Sequence record: NC_041975.1
DNA length: 64,000 nt
Strand: one strand, 5' to 3'
This document shows, piece after piece, positions 24,944 to 34,580 of this stretch. The notes below the pieces were generated by a model. The model worked only from the letters and a program-made list of their open reading frames with translations, did no database searches and had not been told where the DNA came from. Each line of letters opens with the position of its first letter. The stretch's first letter is position 1. The position numbers were made by a program, and so were the translations under genes.

Positions 24944-26652
24944 TGTCATCATTAACCACCAATGAAGTTGTTGAGCATTTAGACCAGTACGTAATTGGAC
25001 AGGTAAATGCCAAACGGGCGATCGCATTGGCGTATCGTGAACGAAGCTTGAAAGCGGAGAACAGCGGAGAAGGCTGGCGTTACATCACCCCCTCTAACAT
25101 CATGATGGTCGGGCCATCAGGTAGCGGTAAGACGGAACTGGCTAAGCAGTTAGCGGACATGACCAACTCGCCTTTTGTGAAGTGCGAAATCACCGAGTTC
25201 ACACAAGTCGGTTACTACGGGCGTGACGTTAAAACCATTCTGACTGATCTGTTGAAAGAAGCCATTCGGATTGCTCCGGAGATCTGGCGGAAAGAAAACA
25301 AACCAAAACTCAGCAAAGCGAACCGTGACCTGCTGGCACTGATGCTAAAAGACCCGGAGACGTTGGATGCCTTTGCTAAAGCACTGAACATCACCACTGA
25401 TAAATGCACCGTGCCGTTTGTGGAAGAGAAACTCCTCAACGGCACCACCCTGCGTAAGCTCAATGTGCGTTATGGTTGGCGAGCGAATCCTTTACTGGCC
25501 GCCATCGATAAGCGGGCGGATAAACCGGAGAAGGGAGAAGAAGAGCCACCAATGGAAGATGCAGCGGCGTGGACACAGTGGTATGTCCGCACCAAGATGA
25601 ACTTTAGCAAGCTCGGGTATTCAGGCACCGAAGACAGTCTGGTGAAAGAAGCCGCTCGCGTGTTAGAAGCGATTCCTATTAAGGATAAGATGGAACCGGT
25701 GCTGATTGAGGTAATTGGCGAAACCCTTAATGAGAAACGCAAAAAGATCATCGCTGCCCGCGGTGCCAGTCAACCGAAACTGATTCGCCTGTTGCTGGAT
25801 GAGAAAGACTACAAAGCCCTGTGCCGTAAGCTACTGGAAACAATGGGTTCCCGACTGTGGATGAAGCTTGACACCATCATCGATATCGGTGATGCGCTGA
25901 ATCAAAGCAAGAACCCACCGCCGGACTTCATTGTTAAACTGGTTGAAGAACGCGGCATTGTCTTCATTGATGAGTTCGACAAGATCTTCCTCGACAGCCG
26001 GGGCGAGAACGTCGGTAACATGGGTGTAGTGCGTGACCTGATGCCTTACCTTGATGGGGTCGTGACTGAAGTCTCTACGGTCAATGAACGTGAACGGGGT
26101 GGTGGGTTATTTGGTGAACGGAACGAGAAGTACATCATCAATACCGCTAATATCCTCTGGATCGCATCAGGTGCGTTTCATCTCGCTAAGGTGAGTGATG
26201 TGCCCGCTGAGATCTTAGGACGTCTCCCTGTGCATGTGAAGCTCAATCGCTTGACTGCAGACGATCTGGAAAAGGTACTCATCAAACCCCACGGGTCGAT
26301 CATTGCGGGTGTCACGCTGCTGATGTCAGCGGAAGGAGCTGAGTTCGTTATTGATGCCGCTGCGATTCGTGCCATTGCTGATCTGGCCTATGAGTGCAAT
26401 ACCGTCGGTGAGGATACCGGGGCACGTCGTCTGAAAGGCGTCTGCTTCGAGTTGTTCCGCGATATGCTCTATGGCGCATCCAACCTATTACCTGACCAAA
26501 AGAAAGTGCACTTCACCGCAGAGCAAGTGATGGCTGAGCGTGAACGCATTCTGGCGACTGTTGAGCGCCGTAAAGAAAAACCCAAAGAAACCGACCCTGC
26601 TCAGCGCTTTGCAAAAGCCATGAAAGAGCTCGGGACTTTGGTTAACAATTAA
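24943..26652 (+). CDS. hslU: HslU-like AAA+ ATPase/unfoldase
   Basis: YVIGQ..AKRAIA, GPSGSGKTE, FTQVGYYGRDV, IVFIDEFDKI, ILWIASGAF, GRLP, GARRL. Confidence 0.85.
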   Translation: MSSLTTNEVVEHLDQYVIGQVNAKRAIALAYRERSLKAENSGEGWRYITPSNIMMVGPSGSGKTELAKQLADMTNSPFVKCEITEFTQVGYYGRDVKTILTDLLKEAIRIAPEIWRKENKPKLSKANRDLLALMLKDPETLDAFAKALNITTDKCTVPFVEEKLLNGTTLRKLNVRYGWRANPLLAAIDKRADKPEKGEEEPPMEDAAAWTQWYVRTKMNFSKLGYSGTEDSLVKEAARVLEAIPIKDKMEPVLIEVIGETLNEKRKKIIAARGASQPKLIRLLLDEKDYKALCRKLLETMGSRLWMKLDTIIDIGDALNQSKNPPPDFIVKLVEERGIVFIDEFDKIFLDSRGENVGNMGVVRDLMPYLDGVVTEVSTVNERERGGGLFGERNEKYIINTANILWIASGAFHLAKVSDVPAEILGRLPVHVKLNRLTADDLEKVLIKPHGSIIAGVTLLMSAEGAEFVIDAAAIRAIADLAYECNTVGEDTGARRLKGVCFELFRDMLYGASNLLPDQKKVHFTAEQVMAERERILATVERRKEKPKETDPAQRFAKAMKELGTLVNN

Positions 26653-26667
26653 CCCTCTGGAGTTGTC

Positions 26668-27207
26668 ATGGATCACAATACTGAGCTTTGTACGTTAAAC
26701 CCGAAAGTCTTGATTCAGAATGAGCTGTGTCGCTTCATTCGTCTGTACGCTTTGTTTAATGACATGGATGTCCACGATGTGAACGCAATAACCAAGAAGA
26801 TCAATTCTGGCGATTGTGGTCTGGCGGCAATTACCGTGCACCATGTGCTAAAGGAAAAGTACAAACTGGATACGGATATCCTGATGTGCCGTAATCACTG
26901 TTGGCTGGCTTATCAGGAAGGTGAATACGACACGGCCTTTCCCGGCGGGTACACGAAACGGGTGGTGGAAGTCTGGGATGGAGGCCCGGATGAGTCTGTC
27001 CACTACTTAACCTTTCAGGAAGCGTGTGATGAATGGATGCCGTTGGATGTCAAAGGGGCTTACATTGTAAAAGCCTTCTGTGCCATCACGTGGACACAGT
27101 TTCCCAAAGAGCTTCAGCATTGCTTAGACAATGCGGACGAATATGAGATGCCGGGTATTGCAGCGCAGTACGAGGCGAAATGTAAATTTGTCACTGACAA
27201 GATGTAG
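26668..27207 (+). CDS. Papain/transglutaminase-fold-like protein (paralogue of 18997)
   Basis: NSGDCG...HCW...EYD. Confidence 0.55.
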   Translation: MDHNTELCTLNPKVLIQNELCRFIRLYALFNDMDVHDVNAITKKINSGDCGLAAITVHHVLKEKYKLDTDILMCRNHCWLAYQEGEYDTAFPGGYTKRVVEVWDGGPDESVHYLTFQEACDEWMPLDVKGAYIVKAFCAITWTQFPKELQHCLDNADEYEMPGIAAQYEAKCKFVTDKM

Positions 27208-27214
27208 GTGGATT

Positions 27215-27754
27215 ATGTCTGACGTTATCGTTATTCCTCGTTTAAGTGTAGTAAAGGGTGGATCGTATCAGCAGGTCAGTGGCGGTGTGTTAGCACAGCT
27301 GCGACTTATCCTTGGCCCGGATATCCGCAACGTTGTGTTGCATGGCGCTCAGCGCAGTCATGCCAAGCTGTTAGTGGATGCCCTGCGGGCAGAGTACGAA
27401 CCCTTTGGTGTGACGCTGCAGTTCAATGCCAAGCCGCTGTATGACACGCTGGACATCAGCTGGCCAGACAGTGATGCGGTGACGATCCTAACCCTTCGCC
27501 CTGAAGAGTTTGATGTCGAAGCGCCGTTACGTCTGAGCCACGACACCCACATCGTGGTTATCAGCACCAAACCGATCCTAACCACCCAATTGCTCAATCT
27601 CTACGACCATGCCGTTATGAGCGGTGTGCACGTTACACTGTTCACCACTGGGTATGTTCCAGCCGGGATCGTGTTGCTTGAGCCGTTGGAAGGGTTTGTT
27701 TATCAGCCGATGATTGACAACGTTATCAAGACACGGGCGATGGCACACGTGTAA
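27215..27754 (+). CDS. Hypothetical protein
   Basis: AGGTGG RBS before ATG 27215. Confidence 0.7.
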   Translation: MSDVIVIPRLSVVKGGSYQQVSGGVLAQLRLILGPDIRNVVLHGAQRSHAKLLVDALRAEYEPFGVTLQFNAKPLYDTLDISWPDSDAVTILTLRPEEFDVEAPLRLSHDTHIVVISTKPILTTQLLNLYDHAVMSGVHVTLFTTGYVPAGIVLLEPLEGFVYQPMIDNVIKTRAMAHV

Positions 27755-27847
27755 TTGGCGACATAATCTGCTGTTTATATGTTAACCGGCCTCCTGGTTA
27801 TTCCGGGAGGCTTTTATAGCAGCATTCATTTTTTATCGAGGTTGGGT

Positions 27848-28198
27848 ATGGTTGGTATTGGCTTATCTATCTGCTTTCGTTTACGTGCAGAAGAAGTCGA
27901 CCCTTTCTTGGTGGGGGTGTGTAATTACGATGTCCTGATCACCGAGGAGCGGGTGCCCAGTTTATTGAAAGAACTGGAGGGGATGTTTAAGCGGGTGATG
28001 TATCGTTACGATCATCAGTGTGATTTCAAACTGGAAGGTAACCTGCTGGAGATCGTATTGCCGTTTCACCCTAACCCGTTTGAAGGAAAGCTCGCACCGG
28101 CAATCACCGTGCGCATCCCTAAAGATGTGAACTATGCGGTGAATGGCTGTATGAAAGAAACCCATGAAGTGTTGTATCCGCTGACCAAAGCAGCTTAA
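27848..28198 (+). CDS. Hypothetical protein
   Basis: GAGGT upstream of ATG 27848; start uncertain. Confidence 0.6.
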   Translation: MVGIGLSICFRLRAEEVDPFLVGVCNYDVLITEERVPSLLKELEGMFKRVMYRYDHQCDFKLEGNLLEIVLPFHPNPFEGKLAPAITVRIPKDVNYAVNGCMKETHEVLYPLTKAA

Positions 28199-28210
28199 AG
28201 AATTTATAAA

Positions 28211-28220
28211 CCTACATTAC
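28211..28220 (+). promoter_or_regulatory. Putative early promoter
   Basis: CCTACATTAC-N4-GTGAT. Confidence 0.7.
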
Positions 28221-28257
28221 TCTCGTGATGTAAGATAATTAACTAAGTGGGTGCATT

Positions 28258-28875
28258 ATGGCCTGGAATGGGTATGTCCTGGAATTCTTGGGCAATGACC
28301 TCGGGAAGTATTACCTGGGAATCAGTAACATCGATGCTAAGCAGCAAGATGAGTTGATGCTTGCAACATTGCGTGCCGGTGGTCCTGCGCTACCAGTAGA
28401 GATCCAAACAGCCTATAAACAGATGGCTGAGAAAGAAGTCTTGCTGTTTACCCATGTTCCGTTTAATGCGGAGTATGCGGTTGTGGAAGCCTGGCAGAAT
28501 GATCACATTCATGCACAGTCTCTGAAAGCACGTCGGTTTCGATTCCCGAGTCATCGACGAGAGACACTGTTCCAATGTATCAATGCTGAACAGATTGTCA
28601 GTAAGATAAAGCAATTGCGCAGTCGAGTGACCGTGCAAGCCGGTATCCGTTTTGATGGCTTTTATCATCCACAATTGATGATGACAGACCAGCAATGGGT
28701 GCAGGAGCTGGAGATGCTCAATCAACTGCAATCGCTTTATTATTATCTGGGCGATTTCATTGAGTTCTTTGATGAAGAGTTCAAAGAGTTCAAAGGTACC
28801 GAAAGTGTCAAGGCGTTACCGTACCGCAATCCGTATTTCATCAACTTAGGATTGCAGTTAAGTCAGATGTGTTAA
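28258..28875 (+). CDS. Hypothetical protein
   Basis: 205-aa ORF downstream of the promoter. Confidence 0.7.
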   Translation: MAWNGYVLEFLGNDLGKYYLGISNIDAKQQDELMLATLRAGGPALPVEIQTAYKQMAEKEVLLFTHVPFNAEYAVVEAWQNDHIHAQSLKARRFRFPSHRRETLFQCINAEQIVSKIKQLRSRVTVQAGIRFDGFYHPQLMMTDQQWVQELEMLNQLQSLYYYLGDFIEFFDEEFKEFKGTESVKALPYRNPYFINLGLQLSQMC

Positions 28876-28927
28876 CCCTCCTACCTTGGCCTATCATGGC
28901 CGCTTACTAAAGCAAAGAGAGATTACC

Positions 28928-29557
28928 ATGAATATCATCAACACTGTATGTGAACTGACCAACATCTCCATCGCCATCAGCATCACCCATGATGAGGAGG
29001 TGAACTCCACCCTGGTGGCATTGGATATCAACAATGTCCCGTTCTTCAGCTACCAGTGGGGTCAGGTAACCAAAGGTCAGCGTAAAGTCCAGCTGGGTGC
29101 TACAAGTCATGGCCTGAGTGCGTTGTATCTGCACCTGCATCACAATGTCATCGACAGCCGTAACACCGACATCGCCCAGTGCTATCTTACCAACCGGGAT
29201 GAGATCTTAGCCGTCGTGCGAGACCTGGGTGTGATCTTCAATGGCACTGAGTGGATTGAGAAACTCGATATCTCGCATTACCGTCTGGCAATCGAAGAGC
29301 AGTTCCCAGGGGAAACCAAAGCAGTGATGGTGCTGACCAGCAAGGGTGATGAACACCGCGCGGCGTACACTTTCACTGCTAACAATTTAGGTGACCTTAT
29401 GGGGACCGGGATCAAGCGGGGTGAGACGGTGGTGTTGAGCGGACATAACAGTCGCTTTGTTCACGACTACGCATCCACTGTAGTGCCGCCTCAGATCAGC
29501 GATGTTATTAGCAGTCATGCCGATACATTGAAAGCCCGTTTCCCGGCGTTAGTTTAA
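28928..29557 (+). CDS. Hypothetical protein
   Basis: AGAGAG RBS before ATG 28928. Confidence 0.7.
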   Translation: MNIINTVCELTNISIAISITHDEEVNSTLVALDINNVPFFSYQWGQVTKGQRKVQLGATSHGLSALYLHLHHNVIDSRNTDIAQCYLTNRDEILAVVRDLGVIFNGTEWIEKLDISHYRLAIEEQFPGETKAVMVLTSKGDEHRAAYTFTANNLGDLMGTGIKRGETVVLSGHNSRFVHDYASTVVPPQISDVISSHADTLKARFPALV

Positions 29558-29590
29558 TCTCCCCTTTTCCTTCTATTTAGAGAAACCGTT

Positions 29591-31231
29591 ATGCACATTC
29601 AAGATATGACCTTTCACCTTCGCGTAGACACTCACGTTAACCCCGGGCCAACTTACAATACTCTGCGTCTCGTTAACCAGGATGAAGCTGTGGTGATCGA
29701 GCATCCGATCACCATTGGTGCCCTGAACGACATGAGTAATGGCGGGGATTACGATAGCGACGAGTTTAAGAAAGCAGCAGCAGCTTTTCTGTATACCGCT
29801 TATCTCTACACTCGTGATTACCCAGAAGGTAAAGGCGCGGCAAGTTACGACTTCCATCGCACAGCTGGTATTATTCTGGCGCAATATCTGGATGAAGAGC
29901 ATCTGGGTGAGTTTGAGCCCGATGACTGGAACCGGGAAGAAATCAGGGTGCCTGGAAACCCAGATGGTGTCAGTGCCTTTGTGTTCAGCAACGATGGCTC
30001 CGATATCAACATCCGTATCTATCGCCAAGACCGCGGTCTGGTGAATGAGCGTCTGTTTACCTACAGCGATGAAGAGACGGTTCCTTCTATTGAAGAGATG
30101 CTTGCGCAGTGGGATGCTGATGTCGCTCCTGCTGTAGATCCGGTACAGGAAAACGCAGCCAGCATCTCGTTTGGCGACGTCTCCTTTATTTACACTCTAG
30201 ACATGAGCAAGGAAGGACGCGAACAACGTAAAGCTATCATGCAGGTGGTAATTGGTGATCGCCTGGTCGCTCAGCAGAAAGTCCATGAGAACACCCAACC
30301 GCTCATGTATTACATGATGGAGGTGTTCAACATGCTGGCGCTGCGCATGACTGTGGGTCCGGTAGAAGGCATTAACGCTCAAGACCGCGTGACCTTACTA
30401 ACCGCTATCAGTGGGTTTGTGGGCGGGCATTTAGCGATGCCAGATCAGGTGCAGATCGCAGAGGGTATGCAGTACATGCACGAAGGTGCGATCAGTGACG
30501 AAGTAACCTACATGGTTTCACATCAGCTGATTGCTGACAACCATCTGCGGGCAACCTACCAGTTCAATACCGTGGTCGATGAAACGATGCGTCGTTCAAT
30601 CACCATGTGTGATGAAGTGAGCTACCTGGAAAACCCGATGAGTCCACAGGCGTTCTTCACTGCGTATCAGGCAGACCTCAGCCGTGAGCTGAAACTGTCT
30701 CGGATGTTTGATATCGCAATGATTGCGGCCATTGATCGCGGTCAGGGTCTCGGTAAAGATAACGAACTGTTGTATCGTATCAAAGAAGACATGAAGTACT
30801 TCAAAGAGATGACACTGCATTCACCGGTGATCATGGGACGGAAAACATATGAGTCGTTACCGAACCCGTTGGTAGATCGCCTGAACATTGTTATCACTAC
30901 TGCTCCGACCAACACCTATACCACCCGCTCAGGTGTGGTGTTTGTCAACAGCAAAGAAGAAGCGCTGCTGCACGCGAAGGGTTATCTGGCTGAACACGGT
31001 GGTGACAAGATCTGGATCATCGGGGGTGCGAGTATCTATGCTGCATTCCTGCCAGATGCCAAAGAGATCCACCTGACCACCATCGGCACTGAACGTGAAG
31101 ATGCCGATACGTTCTTCCCGGAAGTTGATCTGCGTCAGTTTAACGCTGCACGTCAGTTTGAGGAAGACCAGGTGTTCGAGCGTGAAGGTGAAACCTTTGG
31201 CTACAACCGTGTCATCCTGACCCGTAAGTAA
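29591..31231 (+). CDS. Dihydrofolate reductase (from about 30704) fused to a ~370-aa unknown N-terminal region
   Basis: MIAAIDRGQGLGKDNELLYRIKEDMKYFK, PVIMGRKTYESLP, RLNIVIT, IWIIGGASIY, DADTFFP. Confidence 0.9.
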   Translation: MHIQDMTFHLRVDTHVNPGPTYNTLRLVNQDEAVVIEHPITIGALNDMSNGGDYDSDEFKKAAAAFLYTAYLYTRDYPEGKGAASYDFHRTAGIILAQYLDEEHLGEFEPDDWNREEIRVPGNPDGVSAFVFSNDGSDINIRIYRQDRGLVNERLFTYSDEETVPSIEEMLAQWDADVAPAVDPVQENAASISFGDVSFIYTLDMSKEGREQRKAIMQVVIGDRLVAQQKVHENTQPLMYYMMEVFNMLALRMTVGPVEGINAQDRVTLLTAISGFVGGHLAMPDQVQIAEGMQYMHEGAISDEVTYMVSHQLIADNHLRATYQFNTVVDETMRRSITMCDEVSYLENPMSPQAFFTAYQADLSRELKLSRMFDIAMIAAIDRGQGLGKDNELLYRIKEDMKYFKEMTLHSPVIMGRKTYESLPNPLVDRLNIVITTAPTNTYTTRSGVVFVNSKEEALLHAKGYLAEHGGDKIWIIGGASIYAAFLPDAKEIHLTTIGTEREDADTFFPEVDLRQFNAARQFEEDQVFEREGETFGYNRVILTRK

Positions 31232-31285
31232 TTTAACCCCCGGGGAGGCAACTCCCCATTCTTGTCTATAAAGGAAACATTTCTC

Positions 31286-31918
31286 ATGGCGATTGAAAAA
31301 GCAGCAGTACCGGCAAACGTAGTTGAGATCACTGGCAAGACCCTGGACCAGGCCCGCGGTGATATCCCGAACGCTATCATGTTACTGGACAGCAATACGG
31401 TCGATGTGCGCTACACTCCGGCATTCAATAAACTGCCTGCTGATCTGCAACATGTCATCCTGGTTGCACAGACCGGTAACCCAGTGATCTCATTAGAGCG
31501 CCCACTGGATGCGACCGGAAAGGTTGATGCCACTAACCCGAACATGGTGATTGCCGCGGCAGTCCAGCAAGATGGTCAACCACTGGGGATCTATCATCCA
31601 GCCTTGATGGGTCGTCTGCGTCAGATTCCAAATGGCTATCTGCTTTATACTCACTATCACACTAACAGCAATGCAGACTTCTCTTATCCGGCGTTTGAGA
31701 AAGCCTTGGCTGAATATTGCATGCTGGCGTTTGCGTTAGGTACGAAAGAGCAACCGGTGGTGATCAACATGCCCGGGCTGCAATGTGCCAATAGCTTCGT
31801 CTGGGAAGAGGTCAACGGTGAACGTGTCCCAACACTGAGCCCGCGTCATCTTGAGCGTGTGAAAGAAGTGATTGCTAACACCATGTTCGCCGGGTCAACT
31901 GTTTATCTGGTGTTGTGA
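31286..31918 (+). CDS. Hypothetical protein with degenerate macrodomain-like C-terminal half
   Basis: LLYTHY...DFSYPAFEKAL...INMPGLQCAN...W..V...VIA.....VYLV. Confidence 0.45.
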   Translation: MAIEKAAVPANVVEITGKTLDQARGDIPNAIMLLDSNTVDVRYTPAFNKLPADLQHVILVAQTGNPVISLERPLDATGKVDATNPNMVIAAAVQQDGQPLGIYHPALMGRLRQIPNGYLLYTHYHTNSNADFSYPAFEKALAEYCMLAFALGTKEQPVVINMPGLQCANSFVWEEVNGERVPTLSPRHLERVKEVIANTMFAGSTVYLVL

Positions 31919-32109
31919 TGAAAGCGTGTCCACTCTGTGCTTCATCGGCTAAGACCTACAAATACGCGTTAGTGTTCTGGGGTGTGCGTTGTACCAGCTG
32001 TATGCTGTTCCTCAAAGATATGAACACCTCTGAGGCAGCGGCTATTCGTCAGTGGGATACGCGCATTACCCCAGAAGAGAAAGCAGCAAAGAAACGCAAG
32101 AAAGCTTAA
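31918..32109 (+). CDS. Lar/restriction-alleviation-like zinc-ribbon protein
   Basis: KACPLCAS...VRCTSC...EAAAIRQWDTR. Confidence 0.7.
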   Translation: MKACPLCASSAKTYKYALVFWGVRCTSCMLFLKDMNTSEAAAIRQWDTRITPEEKAAKKRKKA

Positions 32110-32130
32110 CCCCTGGATAAAGGAGTCGTC

Positions 32131-32445
32131 GTGCTGAAAAGAACAGTACTGAGTTTGGTCACCTGCTTTATGCTATCGGGCTGCGGAATGGCAGAATCCG
32201 AAGATGTGCCGGTCAAATCGGTTGAGGGTGTTGTGATCAGCGATGAGGTCTGTCAAGTCGGTCAAAAGTGCGAGGCAGTGATTGCCCGCGATCAAACCGC
32301 CTGGACATACCAGATTGCAGAAGGGCCTTTTAAGAAAGGCACAGTGCTTTATAAAGCGTGTGCATATCACCGTACACACGAGCGCTGCAGTTCGGTCTGG
32401 TCACCCACTCCTGATCGGTTTATTCCGCCGGAGTCAAAGAACTAA
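32131..32445 (+). CDS. Putative lipoprotein
   Basis: AAGGAG RBS; LSGC lipobox; four further Cys in the mature part. Confidence 0.7.
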   Translation: MLKRTVLSLVTCFMLSGCGMAESEDVPVKSVEGVVISDEVCQVGQKCEAVIARDQTAWTYQIAEGPFKKGTVLYKACAYHRTHERCSSVWSPTPDRFIPPESKN

Positions 32446-32505
32446 GTTGTAACCACGGCGTGTCATGCGCCGTTTTAATTTAACCCTGCTGTAAGGTAAC
32501 TCACC

Positions 32506-33594
32506 ATGAAAGACTCAGAACACCAAGATACTACAATTGATAATGTCTCTCCGTATGCGGGGGAACTGGCGGACCTGATTGAAGAGTTTGTGGCAGACCG
32601 ATTTACCTTAATGGATGATGCGGTTCTTGAATCGCTTTATGCCGACTTACCGGATGTCACCTATTTGAAAGGTGTGGTAAAAGGCTTACGTCGAAACCTG
32701 ATGCGGCAGGCAGCATCGATCAATGTCGAAGACGCATACCCGAAAGTTGAGGTGTTTAAAGAACAACCGCTAACTGCGGAGAATGTCAGAGAGATTATCC
32801 AGACTGATTGTCCGGATATGCCGGCGGATGAAGTTACACAAACCGTAACAGAAGTCATGACGGCAACTGATGAAGACGACGACGACGATAACAGCGAAGC
32901 GCTGCGTCTGCGGGAAAGCAACAAACCAGAACATATCCCAAGCCTTGATGAACTCATGCAAGCGGATGGGAAAGGTTGGGGTTCGGTGAGTGCGGTGATC
33001 ACACCCCCGGCAGTCATTGAACCTACTCGTCCTGCAAGACCCTCACGCGCTGAGCGCTTTGGCACCTCAAATGTTGAGTTAGCTGAATTACTGAGCCAGG
33101 CCAAGCCAGGCAGTGTGTTCTCTGTTGACACCATTAAATCTGTAAAAGATAAAAGCCTGGTGTTGGTGAAATCCCCCGAGACAAAACACTTTGAACCCCT
33201 GCGTTTGTTAGAACGTTCTGATCCGCAATATTACCAATACATGTGGCCAGCTTTATTCGAAGCCCTGGAGGTTGTGTTGAATGACACAAGCTTAACCGTG
33301 AATCGGATGCGTCGTCTGGATGAAGAGATGCTTGCGCGCTTTGGTGATACCTTAGCTGCCGCGGTCACGACTATCCTGAGTATTGGTAATCACGATCTGT
33401 TGATTAAAGAGAACGTCAACTATTTCATGCAGCAGTGTAATGACCGTGGACTGGATATCAAACTCTATATGGGTGCTAAGGTTTATAAGCAAAGTCGCTG
33501 GACTAATACCTGGATCGACGCAGCATTACAAACCCCTAAAGGCAAGTTTATCTTTGGTACCCCGGAGGTGGATGTGGTATGGCAAGCGAAATGA
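32506..33594 (+). CDS. Acidic hypothetical protein
   Basis: 362 aa; Asp-rich tract. Confidence 0.75.
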   Translation: MKDSEHQDTTIDNVSPYAGELADLIEEFVADRFTLMDDAVLESLYADLPDVTYLKGVVKGLRRNLMRQAASINVEDAYPKVEVFKEQPLTAENVREIIQTDCPDMPADEVTQTVTEVMTATDEDDDDDNSEALRLRESNKPEHIPSLDELMQADGKGWGSVSAVITPPAVIEPTRPARPSRAERFGTSNVELAELLSQAKPGSVFSVDTIKSVKDKSLVLVKSPETKHFEPLRLLERSDPQYYQYMWPALFEALEVVLNDTSLTVNRMRRLDEEMLARFGDTLAAAVTTILSIGNHDLLIKENVNYFMQQCNDRGLDIKLYMGAKVYKQSRWTNTWIDAALQTPKGKFIFGTPEVDVVWQAK

Positions 33595-33896
33595 TTGAAT
33601 GGGAAAAGCTCTTTAACTCACTAAAAGCGATTGAACAAAGCGACCAGGTCTGTGACTTACCGACGCGCAATCTGTCGGTCATGATGGCACAGCGGCGCCT
33701 CAAGGCTGGATTGCAACGCTCAGTGAAACGGGTGGATGCGATCATGAGCGCACAGGTACAAACCGATGAAGCGTACGATGAACTGATGCATCGACTGCAA
33801 GTGCTGGCATTGCCTGTCACTGTGACGCGCTTTACCGGCGGGAAGTGGAATCATGGAGTGATCAGAACCAAGAAAGGTACGATCATGTATGGTTAG
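33579..33896 (+). CDS. Hypothetical protein
   Basis: GGAGGT RBS. Confidence 0.65.
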   Translation: MASEMIEWEKLFNSLKAIEQSDQVCDLPTRNLSVMMAQRRLKAGLQRSVKRVDAIMSAQVQTDEAYDELMHRLQVLALPVTVTRFTGGKWNHGVIRTKKGTIMYG

Positions 33897-34209
33897 AAAT
33901 AACGTTGTCTCTATTTATAAACCGACGTTTCGTAAACGTCTCGCTGTGGACCCGATGGTACTGATCACCGAGTTGCAGCATGTCTTTACAGTGATTGAAT
34001 TGTGTAAAGCATCTAACAAATATGACCATCGTGTGTATGGTAAATTGCTGAAAGATGAGGTACAATTAGTTCGTGACTGTGCAGCGGTGCTTGTACGACA
34101 CGTGCAGACACCATCCATCGTGCAGATGTTGCAAACCGCAATTACCCACGAGAAGCCGGTTGAGTTGATTGCAGCCCGACACGGTGAGTTTTTACAATTG
34201 ATAAATTAA
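33889..34209 (+). CDS. Hypothetical protein
   Basis: Overlaps the previous stop; AAAGG upstream. Confidence 0.65.
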   Translation: MVRNNVVSIYKPTFRKRLAVDPMVLITELQHVFTVIELCKASNKYDHRVYGKLLKDEVQLVRDCAAVLVRHVQTPSIVQMLQTAITHEKPVELIAARHGEFLQLIN

Positions 34210-34235
34210 CCCCTGAGTATAAGGAAAATAAAAAT

Positions 34236-34526
34236 ATGGCTAAGAAGATTACCGCAGCAGCTTTAGAGAAAGACATCTTTGATCACGAAGGCATCCGTGT
34301 CATCTTCCGTGTACCAACTGGTAAGCGCATTGCTGAACAGAAATACACTGAAGTCTTCACGAATCGTTCGCCAAAGAACTACACGTTAAAAACCTTACGC
34401 GAACGCATCGTCCGTGTGGTGGGTGAGAACATTGAGTTCTCCATCATCACAGGTGGCGGTGAGATCGCAAATGGTAATTACAAGATCGGTAACTTACGCA
34501 CCACCTACGAAGTAATCGAAGAGTAA
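34236..34526 (+). CDS. Small conserved-looking hypothetical protein
   Basis: AAGGA RBS; strong codon bias. Confidence 0.75.
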   Translation: MAKKITAAALEKDIFDHEGIRVIFRVPTGKRIAEQKYTEVFTNRSPKNYTLKTLRERIVRVVGENIEFSIITGGGEIANGNYKIGNLRTTYEVIEE

Positions 34527-34528
34527 TA

Positions 34529-34574
34529 GACGGCATAAGAGGAGGAGCGTTTGCTCCTCCTCTGTTTATGCTGC
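34529..34574. terminator. Bidirectional terminator with TTATGC tails on both strands
   Basis: GACGGCATAA-GAGGAGGAGC-gttt-GCTCCTCCTC-TGTTTATGCTGC between convergent genes. Confidence 0.85.
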
Positions 34575-34580
34575 TTTTTT

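Noticed and set aside
32870-32892. GAC-repeat (poly-Asp) as a contingency locus
   Set aside because: Short in-frame trinucleotide run; length changes would not alter the frame, and there is no evidence of phase variation.
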